Shown piece by piece: positions 1 through 8,168 of a stretch of 32,000 nucleotides of DNA. Made by a program: the position numbers and the translations under genes. The notes below the pieces were generated by a model. It worked only from the letters and a program-made list of their open reading frames with translations. It did not search any database and had not been told where the DNA came from. The stretch is taken from contig NZ_FUWK01000011.1 in assembly GCF_900167395.1 (NCBI RefSeq), positions 28,621 through 60,620 of the forward strand. The letters run 5' to 3'. The DNA comes from Nitrosomonas europaea (GTDB taxonomy: Bacteria > Pseudomonadota > Gammaproteobacteria > Burkholderiales > Nitrosomonadaceae). Within the stretch, counting starts at the first letter, position 1. Each line of letters opens with the position of its first letter.

Positions 1-1287
1 TCCATATTTCTTGTCTGGCTCGAGGTAAGCGCCTTCACCCCATTCATTCCAAGCATTGATAAAAATGTAATGGTCTTCAAGATCTTCTCGGTTCTTGGCC
101 TCAAGCAGAATGTCTGTAAGCCAGCGCTCATATAAGTCGGGCGAAGCTCCCTCAAATATCATGCCTTTATTGTCACGTCTTGCAGAGTTATCCCACATTG
201 GCATAGCTGCGCGATGAAGCTTTGGATGATTGTATAAAAAATATTTTTTATGCTCGACGATATCGCGGTAGTCCAGCACGATACCGCCAAAGTCCTGCAT
301 ATAGTTAATCTGTGAACTGATATCGACGCAATGTTTGAAGAGTGTTCCCGGATGAAACTCACTCTGCGCATCAAATCCCAATTCAATCAAGTTGACATCC
401 CACGTATGTTCTTTTATGCCGATAATATAAATGTCGCCAATGCCTGCTTTAACACAATGCTCACGCCATGCTGTTATTGTGCTAGCGCATTCTGGAATGA
501 ACGATGGGCGGTAAATTGTAAAGATCGGTTTACCATTCATCCTTATATATCTTGAATCACGCATATAAGGTACAACACTATTAATAAATGCAATATAACT
601 CTCCACCGTTTCGCTCTGCTTAACCAGGATTTCTCCGCAAGAACCATCAAACCTGCGAGTCCATGACTCATTCGCCCAGCAAAGTGAGAAGGGGAAATCA
701 ATAGTCTTGGCTTCCAAGAACATGTCGAGCGGCTTATCCAGTAAGCGCTTGCCATCGAACCAGTAATAATAAAAACAGAATCCATAGATGCCATACATTT
801 GCGCCAACTCAACTTGGCGGCGCATATTATCCAGGATTCGTAAATCATAATATCCAAGCTCACCGGGCAAACGTGGCTGGTAATGTCCAACATATTGCGG
901 CATAGCGCGAGAAACGTTATTCCATTCAGTCACTCCCTTACCCCACCACATGTCATTTTCTTTAGTTGGATGAAACTGTGGAAGGTAATAAGCCAGGATT
1001 TTTGCATCACCTTCCTTCCGCTGGTACGAACTTGAGCTGATCTCGACATACTCGTTACCCGATTTCCTAGGTATTGCAAGGATTTGATTAGCATACTCCT
1101 GGAGGATTTTCTCCCGACTGACAGATGCTGAACTAGCTGTTGTCACCGGCTCAGCCAATGCTTTTTTCATGCCACGCAAAAATCTGCGAGCGAATCCAAC
1201 CAGTAACTCCTTGGTTTCTTCAGGTAACGGAAGCCGCCAATATATTCGACGTAGTAGTTGATATAAATTTTGATTCACTCTTTTCAC
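1..1287 (-). CDS. WbsX-like glycosyltransferase (polysaccharide/O-antigen biosynthesis); C-terminus runs off the left edge of the window
   Basis: Not in the supplied ORF track because there is no stop inside the window. My own reverse-strand translation is open from the TGA at 1318-1320 down to base 1: ...QRKEGDAKILAYYLPQFHPTKENDMWWGKGVTEWNNVSRAMPQYVGHYQPRLPGELGYYDLRILDNMRRQVELAQMYGIYGFCFYYYWFDGKRLLDKPLD...HYIFINAWNEWGEGAYLEPDKKYG. YYLPQFHP..EN..WWGKG.TEW and NAWNEWGEG are hallmark motifs of the Glyco_tran_WbsX family. The start is uncertain: GTG at 1287 or 1278, first ATG at 1170. Confidence 0.8.
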   Translation of the reverse strand, partial: MKRVNQNLYQLLRRIYWRLPLPEETKELLVGFARRFLRGMKKALAEPVTTASSASVSREKILQEYANQILAIPRKSGNEYVEISSSSYQRKEGDAKILAYYLPQFHPTKENDMWWGKGVTEWNNVSRAMPQYVGHYQPRLPGELGYYDLRILDNMRRQVELAQMYGIYGFCFYYYWFDGKRLLDKPLDMFLEAKTIDFPFSLCWANESWTRRFDGSCGEILVKQSETVESYIAFINSVVPYMRDSRYIRMNGKPIFTIYRPSFIPECASTITAWREHCVKAGIGDIYIIGIKEHTWDVNLIELGFDAQSEFHPGTLFKHCVDISSQINYMQDFGGIVLDYRDIVEHKKYFLYNHPKLHRAAMPMWDNSARRDNKGMIFEGASPDLYERWLTDILLEAKNREDLEDHYIFINAWNEWGEGAYLEPDKKYG

Positions 1288-1328
1288 TATCCACCATTTA
1301 AAAGAGATAAATTTTGGTCACTCTGCAC

Positions 1329-4300
1329 TCAGCTTTTGGCTGTTCGGATGCCGACAAGCTGGTATACCAAAGCTGCTTTTTCAGCCCATGAATTCTTTTC
1401 CGCATCATCTGCAAGGGCTTTCATGTAGGTGGGATCGTCTCTGGCAACCGCTGCGGCAGCGAGATTGCTCAGGAAGTCATCATGCGTACCTGATACTAGA
1501 CATGACTTATATTTCGCACACTCAGGCAGGTAAGTTGTAACAATTGGTTTTGAGGCTGCCATGTACTCGAACAGTTTTACCGGTGAAACCGACTCCGTAA
1601 GTTCGTTACGTTTAAACGGCAAAATTCCAATATCATAAAACACCGCATATTCATTCAAGATAAAGTAAGATTTACTACCTAGAAAATGAACGTTTGGGAT
1701 ATCCAATATGCCACTTTGCTCAAGAGAATCATCATGCGCATATCCGATGAGTACCAGCTCGTACTTGCCATCACTCGCAATTCTTTTAAGCAAATCATAA
1801 TCAATCCATTTTGCCAGCGCTCCATGATAGCCAACTACAATCCGTTCTGATGCCAGCACGGGCTCCATGTCTGCAGGAGGATGTGGAGCTGTTTTGCGCC
1901 AGTGAGGCAAATCTACGCCATTCGTGGAAAGAATGCATTGGCTCGTCCGATATCTAGTTACCTCCGTAAACAACCTATCCGATGTCGTGACCACAAAAAC
2001 TGCTTCATTCCTCAGCAACCATTTGTGCCGTTCTATGACAAAAGCAGGAATGGCGCCCGTAATTTCCTCGCTGATTTCATCAATATATTCGTACACTATG
2101 ATGATGCCGTCACGAATAAAATGCTCAAGATCACTGACTTTTGTTGCAAGATCAATCGACTGCAAGCGCAGCATTTTCGGTTGTCGAACTTCCAAAAGAG
2201 CATCGAACACACATTGCACGACTCGGTCGTCGAGCGCATCAAATACGACTACATTGCCCTCTACCCGATTAAAGACAAATAGATCTTTGTCGACTTGTAG
2301 ATGTCCACCGTAAAGAGCAAGCCCGCCTAACTGCGCTGCCTGCAATGACATATGCTGAAACCGCTGAAATAGCGGTGTGCTCCACCCCATGGGAACATGG
2401 AAAAGATCGATAAAGTCTGTATGCTCGATTATGATCGTCCGTAGTTCTCTTAATCGCCGCTCATAGGTTCTCCGCCTAAGCTGCTTCTCCATCCAGACAG
2501 ATCCGAATCTGTGGAATGCGCGCATCGCAAGAGGAAGTGAACTCAACAAGCCGTGTCGCTGGACTCCGTTATTGTAACGAGTAGTAAGATAGGAAATTCG
2601 CTTACGCCAGAGCGGGTAGTCTTTATGCGTAGGAACAGCGCCAGGCTCCATGGAAGCTCTCTGGGCCGTGCGCTGCTTTCTCAGAGTTTTTCCAATTATC
2701 CTCAGTGGACTAGTGATTTTCCATGAGTGACTCCCTTTCAGAGCTTTGATCTGCTGGTTATATTGTTCCAGCCATTTATCTCGATCAATCACAGCCTGGC
2801 TAAGGCTGGCGATCTGACCATCCTTCTCAGTGACAGCTTGGTTGAGGTTATTTAATTTAGAAATAGGGCCGTCTAACCAGTCCATCGTTTCCTTGGGAGT
2901 TACAACTCGGCCAGATACTTCAGTTTGAATAACGGCTTCCAGATTAACATAGCTAATGATCATCCCTTTGTCTGGTAACCAGCCCAAGCCATTCATTACA
3001 GCTTGAATTAGATTGATATATGTTTTACCAAACTCATCAGCGGAATGGCCGAATTTGGTAACGTTGTGAAAAAGGGTAATTAACGACCTAAAACAAAGAA
3101 AGCCGATCTGCACTGGCTCAGTTGCTTCCCACTCTTTATCGATGATATACGCTCCACCATCAGTAGAAGTAATAATATTTTGTGGTATGCAATCAAACGT
3201 GCTTCCAGGCAATTTAATAGTTGGCTCTGACAATTCTTCAATCTGCCATTTTGTGCACGCAACATTTGCAACAATATCGAGATATTTTCTCAGTAGGATA
3301 CAAAGTTCTTCTATACGCCATCCGTCACGAGTGACGATTCGGATAAATTCTTGTGAAAGTGGTATGCCATACACGTAAGAAGCTCGATCTGGGATATCAA
3401 ATTTCAATGATTTACCAATTACAGGCCTTGGTAACGCCGGTGCGAGAGATTTATATCGGACTTCAATACCATCAGCCTCCGTTTGCACAAACTGAGTTGT
3501 TTTACAAAACTCTTTTTTTCTTTCCGTTGTGAAATGCCAGGCAAGTGTAGATGACTCCAGATTCGACTCTTTATTGCTACTGGCTACAATAAGAAACGAG
3601 TTTGCCAAATCCAATGCAAGACCATTTTGCGCCAGGGTTGGCCATACCAACTCTGGTGAGAACGCCAATATAGGCGGAAGTTGTGGATCACGATGCACAC
3701 TTTGCCAGGCAAACGCTGCTGCATCAAATTTCTCCGTTTTAAAGCCGCGCTCTGTAATAACGGATACGGGTAATTTGTAATCAGGGAAAGGTGCCAAAAA
3801 ATCACAAGCTGAGAAGCCTGCTTCTTTCAGCATTTCTGCCAGGATAATGCGACCAAATGTCTGAGGCTGATCGTTGCGATAGCGTCCTTCTATTCCGTAC
3901 ATCGGTTGTCCGAGATGGTCTTCGGGTGCGCCAGCAAAATATTTCAAGCCCAGTTGATTCTCAATGGCAATGAAGAGTTTTCCTTCCGGCTTCAACAATG
4001 CCCGAACTCGCTCCAGCATGTTCAGCGCCGGGCTTTCTCCGGGGGTAAAGAGATTGGCATATTCCAAAACGCCAATCAGCGTGATGGCATCAAATTTCTG
4101 ATCAGCCGAGAAAAGATCAAACCTGTCGGACACTACCGTAACATTCTGCAAATCGCGCGTTCTTGCTCTTGCAATTGCAGCGCGTCTTGGGCTACCTTCA
4201 AGCGCCAATACATTGCCACCACATTCACCCAGGTAGCGAGTAATCGCACCACACCCTGCGCCAATCTCCAGAATATCTCCATGAAGATCATTTTCAAAGG

Positions 4301-4535
4301 GACGCAAAATATTGGCTCGCGTTCCTGATAGATGATAAAGAGACGGCCAGTCGGTGCAGTGCTGGCGTAATTCGCTGGAGAGTACGCCAAGGTCGGAAGC
4401 TTCGTTAATAATTGAAGCAATCCGCTGCTCTACTTCATCACCATCACTGTAGGCAATGCCCGTGTAATCTTGTCGAGACCAAATGCCGGTTACTACATCA
4501 AGGATATAGCCTGTTTTTATTAAAAAAGAATTCAT
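1329..4535 (-). CDS. Multidomain polysaccharide chain-terminator/glycosyltransferase: N-terminal class I SAM methyltransferase, kinase-like middle region, short coiled coil, C-terminal GT-B (GT4-like) glycosyltransferase (WbdD-like module fused to a GT)
   Basis: 1068-aa ORF. SAM motif I is ILEIGAGCGAITRYL (aa ~88-100). An aminoglycoside/choline-kinase-like catalytic pattern is present: FDCIPQNII...GGAYIIDKEWE. A heptad-rich segment LNNLNQAVTEKDGQIASLSQAVIDRDKWLEQYNQQIKALK is followed by SWKITSPLR. The C-terminal GT-B signature is VSPVKLFEYMAASKPIVTT. The start overlaps the wzt stop (ATGA at 4532-4535). Confidence 0.85.
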   Translation of the reverse strand: MNSFLIKTGYILDVVTGIWSRQDYTGIAYSDGDEVEQRIASIINEASDLGVLSSELRQHCTDWPSLYHLSGTRANILRPFENDLHGDILEIGAGCGAITRYLGECGGNVLALEGSPRRAAIARARTRDLQNVTVVSDRFDLFSADQKFDAITLIGVLEYANLFTPGESPALNMLERVRALLKPEGKLFIAIENQLGLKYFAGAPEDHLGQPMYGIEGRYRNDQPQTFGRIILAEMLKEAGFSACDFLAPFPDYKLPVSVITERGFKTEKFDAAAFAWQSVHRDPQLPPILAFSPELVWPTLAQNGLALDLANSFLIVASSNKESNLESSTLAWHFTTERKKEFCKTTQFVQTEADGIEVRYKSLAPALPRPVIGKSLKFDIPDRASYVYGIPLSQEFIRIVTRDGWRIEELCILLRKYLDIVANVACTKWQIEELSEPTIKLPGSTFDCIPQNIITSTDGGAYIIDKEWEATEPVQIGFLCFRSLITLFHNVTKFGHSADEFGKTYINLIQAVMNGLGWLPDKGMIISYVNLEAVIQTEVSGRVVTPKETMDWLDGPISKLNNLNQAVTEKDGQIASLSQAVIDRDKWLEQYNQQIKALKGSHSWKITSPLRIIGKTLRKQRTAQRASMEPGAVPTHKDYPLWRKRISYLTTRYNNGVQRHGLLSSLPLAMRAFHRFGSVWMEKQLRRRTYERRLRELRTIIIEHTDFIDLFHVPMGWSTPLFQRFQHMSLQAAQLGGLALYGGHLQVDKDLFVFNRVEGNVVVFDALDDRVVQCVFDALLEVRQPKMLRLQSIDLATKVSDLEHFIRDGIIIVYEYIDEISEEITGAIPAFVIERHKWLLRNEAVFVVTTSDRLFTEVTRYRTSQCILSTNGVDLPHWRKTAPHPPADMEPVLASERIVVGYHGALAKWIDYDLLKRIASDGKYELVLIGYAHDDSLEQSGILDIPNVHFLGSKSYFILNEYAVFYDIGILPFKRNELTESVSPVKLFEYMAASKPIVTTYLPECAKYKSCLVSGTHDDFLSNLAAAAVARDDPTYMKALADDAEKNSWAEKAALVYQLVGIRTAKS

Positions 4536-5887
4536 AGGGAGGTGTTTTGTGCACTCAGTTTTAAGCCTAGATCTACCAGACCAAAAAATTTTGTTACTGG
4601 GGCAATTTGTAGATAAATGGCGTCATATCGCCGATCATGAGGCACTATTTCTTCGCCTTTTCTGGTAGCAAGTCCAAGTGAGATGAAATAGTCACCCGGG
4701 GCAAGGCGACAGATAAATTCGGCCTTGATCAGTGCAGTTGTTCCTTTACTACCCAGTACCTTTATCTCATCTGTTTCTAATGTCTCGGAGTTGACGCCGT
4801 AAACAGTCACCCCCTCCTTGGTTTTGATGGTGATACCAAGAATGGGACGTACTAAATCTTCATAAAACCTTACAGCAACACCAAGCACAACGCTCTGCCC
4901 ACTTGTAATAACGGAAGGGTAAGGCTCATTATCAGTCAACAAATAAAAATCCAGAATTGTTGCAGTGCCATCTCCCCAGCGATATTCATGCTCGTTGTAG
5001 TTTGCATGAGAAGAAAAAACATCGTCTATGAAATTCAGGCTAAGGTTGTCGTCTTGGGTTGGCTCGACGGAATTTGATTCAGTAGAAAAAGCTGATGCTG
5101 AATAGCTTTTACGTTCCTTGCCAAAAAGCAAGTCCATATAGTGATTCACTACGTAACGGGGTTCACCATGTTCGATAACATCTCCCCCGTCAAGAAGAAT
5201 GGCCTCTGAACAATGCGTTACGATCTGTTCGGATGAATGCGTTACAAGCAGGATACTTGTACCTCCATCCTTCAATTGCTGGAGGCGATCAAAGCATTTT
5301 GCCTGGAATTTAGCATCTCCCACTGCTAATGCTTCATCCACAATAAGAATGTCAGGTTTGACTTGTGCCTGTACAGCAAAACCAAGCCGCACCATCATGC
5401 CACTGGAGTAAGTTTTGACCGGTTGTTCAATGAACTCACCAATGTCGGCAAATGCGGCAATGTCATCAAAGCGCGCATCCGTTTCTTCCTGACTCAAACC
5501 GAGCACGGATGCGTTCATGTAGACGTTCTCGCGCCCGGTAAATTCCGGGTTGAATCCGGAGCCAAGCTCCAATAACGCGGCGATGCGGCCATACGTTGTG
5601 ATGCTGCCAGAGGTCGGATTGAGTGTGCCGCAGATCATTTGCAGCAGGGTCGATTTACCACTGCCATTGCGGCCGATGATGCCGATGGTTTCCCCTTTTT
5701 TGACTTCAAACGATACATCTCTAAGCGCCCAGAATTCGCGGAAATATTGCCTGGGTGTTTGCCCGGTTAAGTGATGCAGACGGGGTAGAATGAATTGTTT
5801 GAGCCGGTCGCGCGGTGTGTCATAGATGTGGTAACACTTGGAAAGATTGCTAACCCGGATAGCGATGTCATTCTGTTCCTGATTCAT
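4532..5887 (-). CDS. wzt: Polysaccharide/O-antigen ABC transporter ATP-binding protein Wzt with C-terminal glycan-cap-binding-type extension
   Basis: 451-aa ORF. Walker A GRNGSGKST, ABC signature YSSGMMVRL, Walker B ILIVDEALAVGD and LVTHS lie in aa 1-250. A further ~190-aa beta-rich C-terminal domain follows (YRWGDGTATILDFYL...GDYFISLGLA), as in Wzt_C domains. The stop overlaps the start of the next gene. Confidence 0.9.
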   Translation of the reverse strand: MNQEQNDIAIRVSNLSKCYHIYDTPRDRLKQFILPRLHHLTGQTPRQYFREFWALRDVSFEVKKGETIGIIGRNGSGKSTLLQMICGTLNPTSGSITTYGRIAALLELGSGFNPEFTGRENVYMNASVLGLSQEETDARFDDIAAFADIGEFIEQPVKTYSSGMMVRLGFAVQAQVKPDILIVDEALAVGDAKFQAKCFDRLQQLKDGGTSILLVTHSSEQIVTHCSEAILLDGGDVIEHGEPRYVVNHYMDLLFGKERKSYSASAFSTESNSVEPTQDDNLSLNFIDDVFSSHANYNEHEYRWGDGTATILDFYLLTDNEPYPSVITSGQSVVLGVAVRFYEDLVRPILGITIKTKEGVTVYGVNSETLETDEIKVLGSKGTTALIKAEFICRLAPGDYFISLGLATRKGEEIVPHDRRYDAIYLQIAPVTKFFGLVDLGLKLSAQNTSL

Positions 5888-5913
5888 AATAGTGTTTCTA
5901 TTGCCAGTGTGCG

Positions 5914-5943
5914 TTGACTATGGCTGGGTAGATAGCCTGAAAT
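5914..5943 (+). promoter_or_regulatory. Candidate sigma70 promoter of higBA (motif match only)
   Basis: TTGACT (5914-5919), 18 nt, TGAAAT (5938-5943), about 45 nt upstream of the higB ATG. It is followed by an imperfect inverted repeat TTACGCGTTACGCCTGACGTAA (5954-5975) that could be an antitoxin operator. Confidence 0.3.
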
Positions 5944-5988
5944 TTTTCTCGCTTTACGCGTTACGCCTGACGTAATATCATGGGCTGC

Positions 5989-6267
5989 ATGATCCAGTCT
6001 TTTCGATGTAAGAGTACTCAAGCAATGTTTGAGGGTGAATGTCCTCAGCGTTTTAGTGCCATCCAAGCTGTGGCTGAACGTAAGCTGGCACAATTGGAAG
6101 CGGCACAAACACTTGATTTTTTGCGCTCTCCACCAGGAAATCGGCTGGAAAAACTGGCTGGCGACCGGGAAGGTCAATGGAGCATTCGTATCAACGCACA
6201 ATGGCGTATATGCTTTACTTGGTCTGATCTCGATCCTGCCGATGTAGAGATTGTTGATTATCATTGA
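5989..6267 (+). CDS. higB: HigB-type (RelE-superfamily, plasmid-maintenance killer) toxin
   Basis: MIQSFRCKSTQAMFEG...LRSPPGNRLEKLAGDREGQWSIRINAQWRICFTW...VEIVDYH fits the HigB pattern. The toxin-first gene order is typical of higBA. An in-frame ATG also exists at 5980. Confidence 0.85.
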   Translation: MIQSFRCKSTQAMFEGECPQRFSAIQAVAERKLAQLEAAQTLDFLRSPPGNRLEKLAGDREGQWSIRINAQWRICFTWSDLDPADVEIVDYH

Positions 6268-6276
6268 GAAATAACC

Positions 6277-6582
6277 ATGACTAGACCTGTAAACCGCATG
6301 CGTGCCGTCCATCCCGGGGAAGTGCTGCGTGAAGATTTTCTGATTCCAGCCGGGATAAGTGTCAACGCTCTGGCAATTGCCTTGAGTGTGCCAGCCACCC
6401 GCATTCATGAAATCGTCAAGGAGCGGCGCGCCGTTACCGCTGATACTGCTGAGCGGCTGGCGCATTATTTCGGGGGTGATGCCGCTTCCTGGCTTGCTCT
6501 GCAGGCCAGTTACGATCTGAAAACACTGCCCACGCGCGATGAAATTGAACGCCGCGTGCAAAGGCGTGAAGAACACGTGTGA
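6277..6582 (+). CDS. higA: HigA-type antitoxin (XRE-family HTH)
   Basis: 101 aa. HPGEVLREDFL...GISVNALAIALSVPATRIHEIVKERRAVTADTAERLAHYFG is the HigA/VapI antidote HTH pattern. There is a 9-nt gap after higB. Confidence 0.9.
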   Translation: MTRPVNRMRAVHPGEVLREDFLIPAGISVNALAIALSVPATRIHEIVKERRAVTADTAERLAHYFGGDAASWLALQASYDLKTLPTRDEIERRVQRREEHV

Positions 6583-6611
6583 CTTGAACTGGTACTGGCA
6601 GCAGCCAATTA

Positions 6612-7135
6612 CCCTTGTACTGTTCGGGATAGGTTTCATGCCACTCTCATTTTTGCTGCAAACAGGAGCAGCTTTCCCTAATTTTCCCTGTCATCGCGAA
6701 GCTTGTTATTGCGAGGAGGCGAAGCCGGCGGCAACCCGGTATGATGCGCGGCGATCCAGCAATGGTAATGACAACAAAAGTATCGGATTGCTTCATGCCG
6801 TTGGCGTTCGCAAAGACGGTAAAAATTTGTTGATCCGGATGCCATTTGAGTTTTGGTAGAAGTAAAAGCAGTATTTTACTGGATTGTTTCACCAGCTGCG
6901 CCGTTTCGCAATGACGGCGGTTGATAAATGATTGCTGTAGTGCATCACACCTCGTCTTCGCGAGGCTATCAGGCCATGGCGATCCAGCGCCTCTGCAATC
7001 GACTAACTGGATTGCTTCCAGCTTCACTTCATTCGCAATCGCAAAGACGGCGGAAATCAGGGCAACCTGTTGCATATACTAGCCGGTCGTTGTGAAGGGT
7101 CGCAGGCCGATGCGGCAATCCAGTACCGCCGGTAA
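6612..7135 (+). repeat. Composite intergenic repeat, longest copy (A): an array of degenerate short palindromic units of the GTCATTGCGAGG...GAAGCAATCC / GGATTGCTTC...TTCGCAATGACGG type
   Basis: The leader CTTGTACTG..AGGTTTCATGCCACTCTCATTT..TTGCTGCAAACAG (6612-6668) recurs at 10323-10380. 6695-6770 recurs at 13873-13935. 6712-6815 recurs at 14823-14898. GATCCGGATGCCATTTGAGTTTT...ATTTTACTGGATTGTTTC recurs at 10412-10455. GGATTGCTTC...TTCGCAA(A/T)GACGG units start at 6786, 6880 and 7009. These are alignments by eye. Confidence 0.6.
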
Positions 7136-7233
7136 CGAAAAGGAAATTGGTAATTTTTACATTCTGTCGGCGTTGTTATCTGAGGTTACTTGGTAGAAAA
7201 GGATGTCGAACAATTTTCAATCCAACAGAGCGA

Positions 7234-7635
7234 TCAGGTAATCCAATTTTCCAAACGCAAACCATCTACTCGTTCAAATTCACGCAGGTTATTACTGACC
7301 AGGATGAAACCTTCACTGCGAGCATGAGCGGCGATGTGCAAGTCATTCACGCCGATGGGCTTTTCTTTTCGCTCCAGATCAGCACGAATATCACCATAAT
7401 GCCCGGCTGCTTTACTGGTATACGACAGCACTTCCAGACGAGATAAAAAATCAGCCACCTGTCGCAGATTGTGCTCACGCTGCCGGCTTTTTTCTGCGCC
7501 GTGCAGTAACTCGGCTTCGGTAACAGCGCTTACGCACATCATGTCTGCATAGCGGTTAAAGGTAACCAGCACTTCTATTGGCCGACGTTTGATAACGTAG
7601 ATGGCGATGTTCGTATCCAGCATATATTTGAGCAT
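7234..7635 (-). CDS. vapC: VapC PIN-domain toxin
   Basis: 133 aa. MLDTNIAIY..., SAVTEAELLHG, IGVNDLHIAAHARSEGFILVSNNLREFERV is the classic PIN/VapC layout. The start shares 1 nt with the vapB stop (TGATG). Confidence 0.9.
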   Translation of the reverse strand: MLKYMLDTNIAIYVIKRRPIEVLVTFNRYADMMCVSAVTEAELLHGAEKSRQREHNLRQVADFLSRLEVLSYTSKAAGHYGDIRADLERKEKPIGVNDLHIAAHARSEGFILVSNNLREFERVDGLRLENWIT

Positions 7636-7868
7636 CAGAACACCTCGCGCTCCTGCTGCTCCTGACTGGCACGTTCAGATAAAAAATCTTCTGAAACACC
7701 TTGTTCCGCCAGAAAAAAGCTGTCCCAAGTATGGTCAACCGGGGTCAGGATTCGCTCTTTACCCAGTTTACGTACCCAGACCTTTTTCACATCATCGGCA
7801 AAGCGCACATCTACCGGCAAACGTACAGCCTGAGTACGGTTATTTTCAAAAACAGTACCTGTATACAT
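7635..7868 (-). CDS. vapB: VapB antitoxin (AbrB/SpoVT-type)
   Basis: 77 aa from ATG 7868, preceded by GGAGGA. MYTGTVFENNRTQAVRLPVDVRFADDVKKVWVRKLGKERILTP matches the SpoVT/AbrB swapped-hairpin antitoxin pattern. The 116-aa track ORF (to 7985) adds an implausible N-terminus. Confidence 0.85.
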   Translation of the reverse strand: MYTGTVFENNRTQAVRLPVDVRFADDVKKVWVRKLGKERILTPVDHTWDSFFLAEQGVSEDFLSERASQEQQEREVF

Positions 7869-8168
7869 CACGATCCTCCAATCAAAGTAGCCAGATACTA
7901 CAAGTATATAGCATTGCTTGTTGTATGGACATCTGCGGGAGATATATTTGCCTATTTTTTGGTATGAAGATGGGTACTGCACCACCCGGACCTATAGCAC
8001 ATACAACTTCGTGCCTGAAATCGTAATTTAAGCACTGGATTGCCCGATTTTACTTGACCAGGTCACCCATGAGTGACACGGTGAATCCAGCCGTTCGGGA
8101 AAAGCTGCTGGAAATCCGGATCATCAATCAGGATCGGCAACAGCCGCGAAACTGCTAAACTGCGCGCC

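Noticed and set aside
5884-6639. 251-aa minus-strand ORF whose stop overlaps the wzt start by ATGA
   Set aside because: It lies entirely antisense to the clearly recognisable higB and higA genes. Its composition is not protein-like (many C, W, H; no motifs). The apparent coupling to wzt is coincidental.
6539-7075. ORFs of 106 aa (+) and 142 aa (-) in the higA-vapC spacer
   Set aside because: They are built from the palindromic repeat units, which yield the familiar spurious peptides such as ...LLHAVGVRKDG. No start context or homology is evident.
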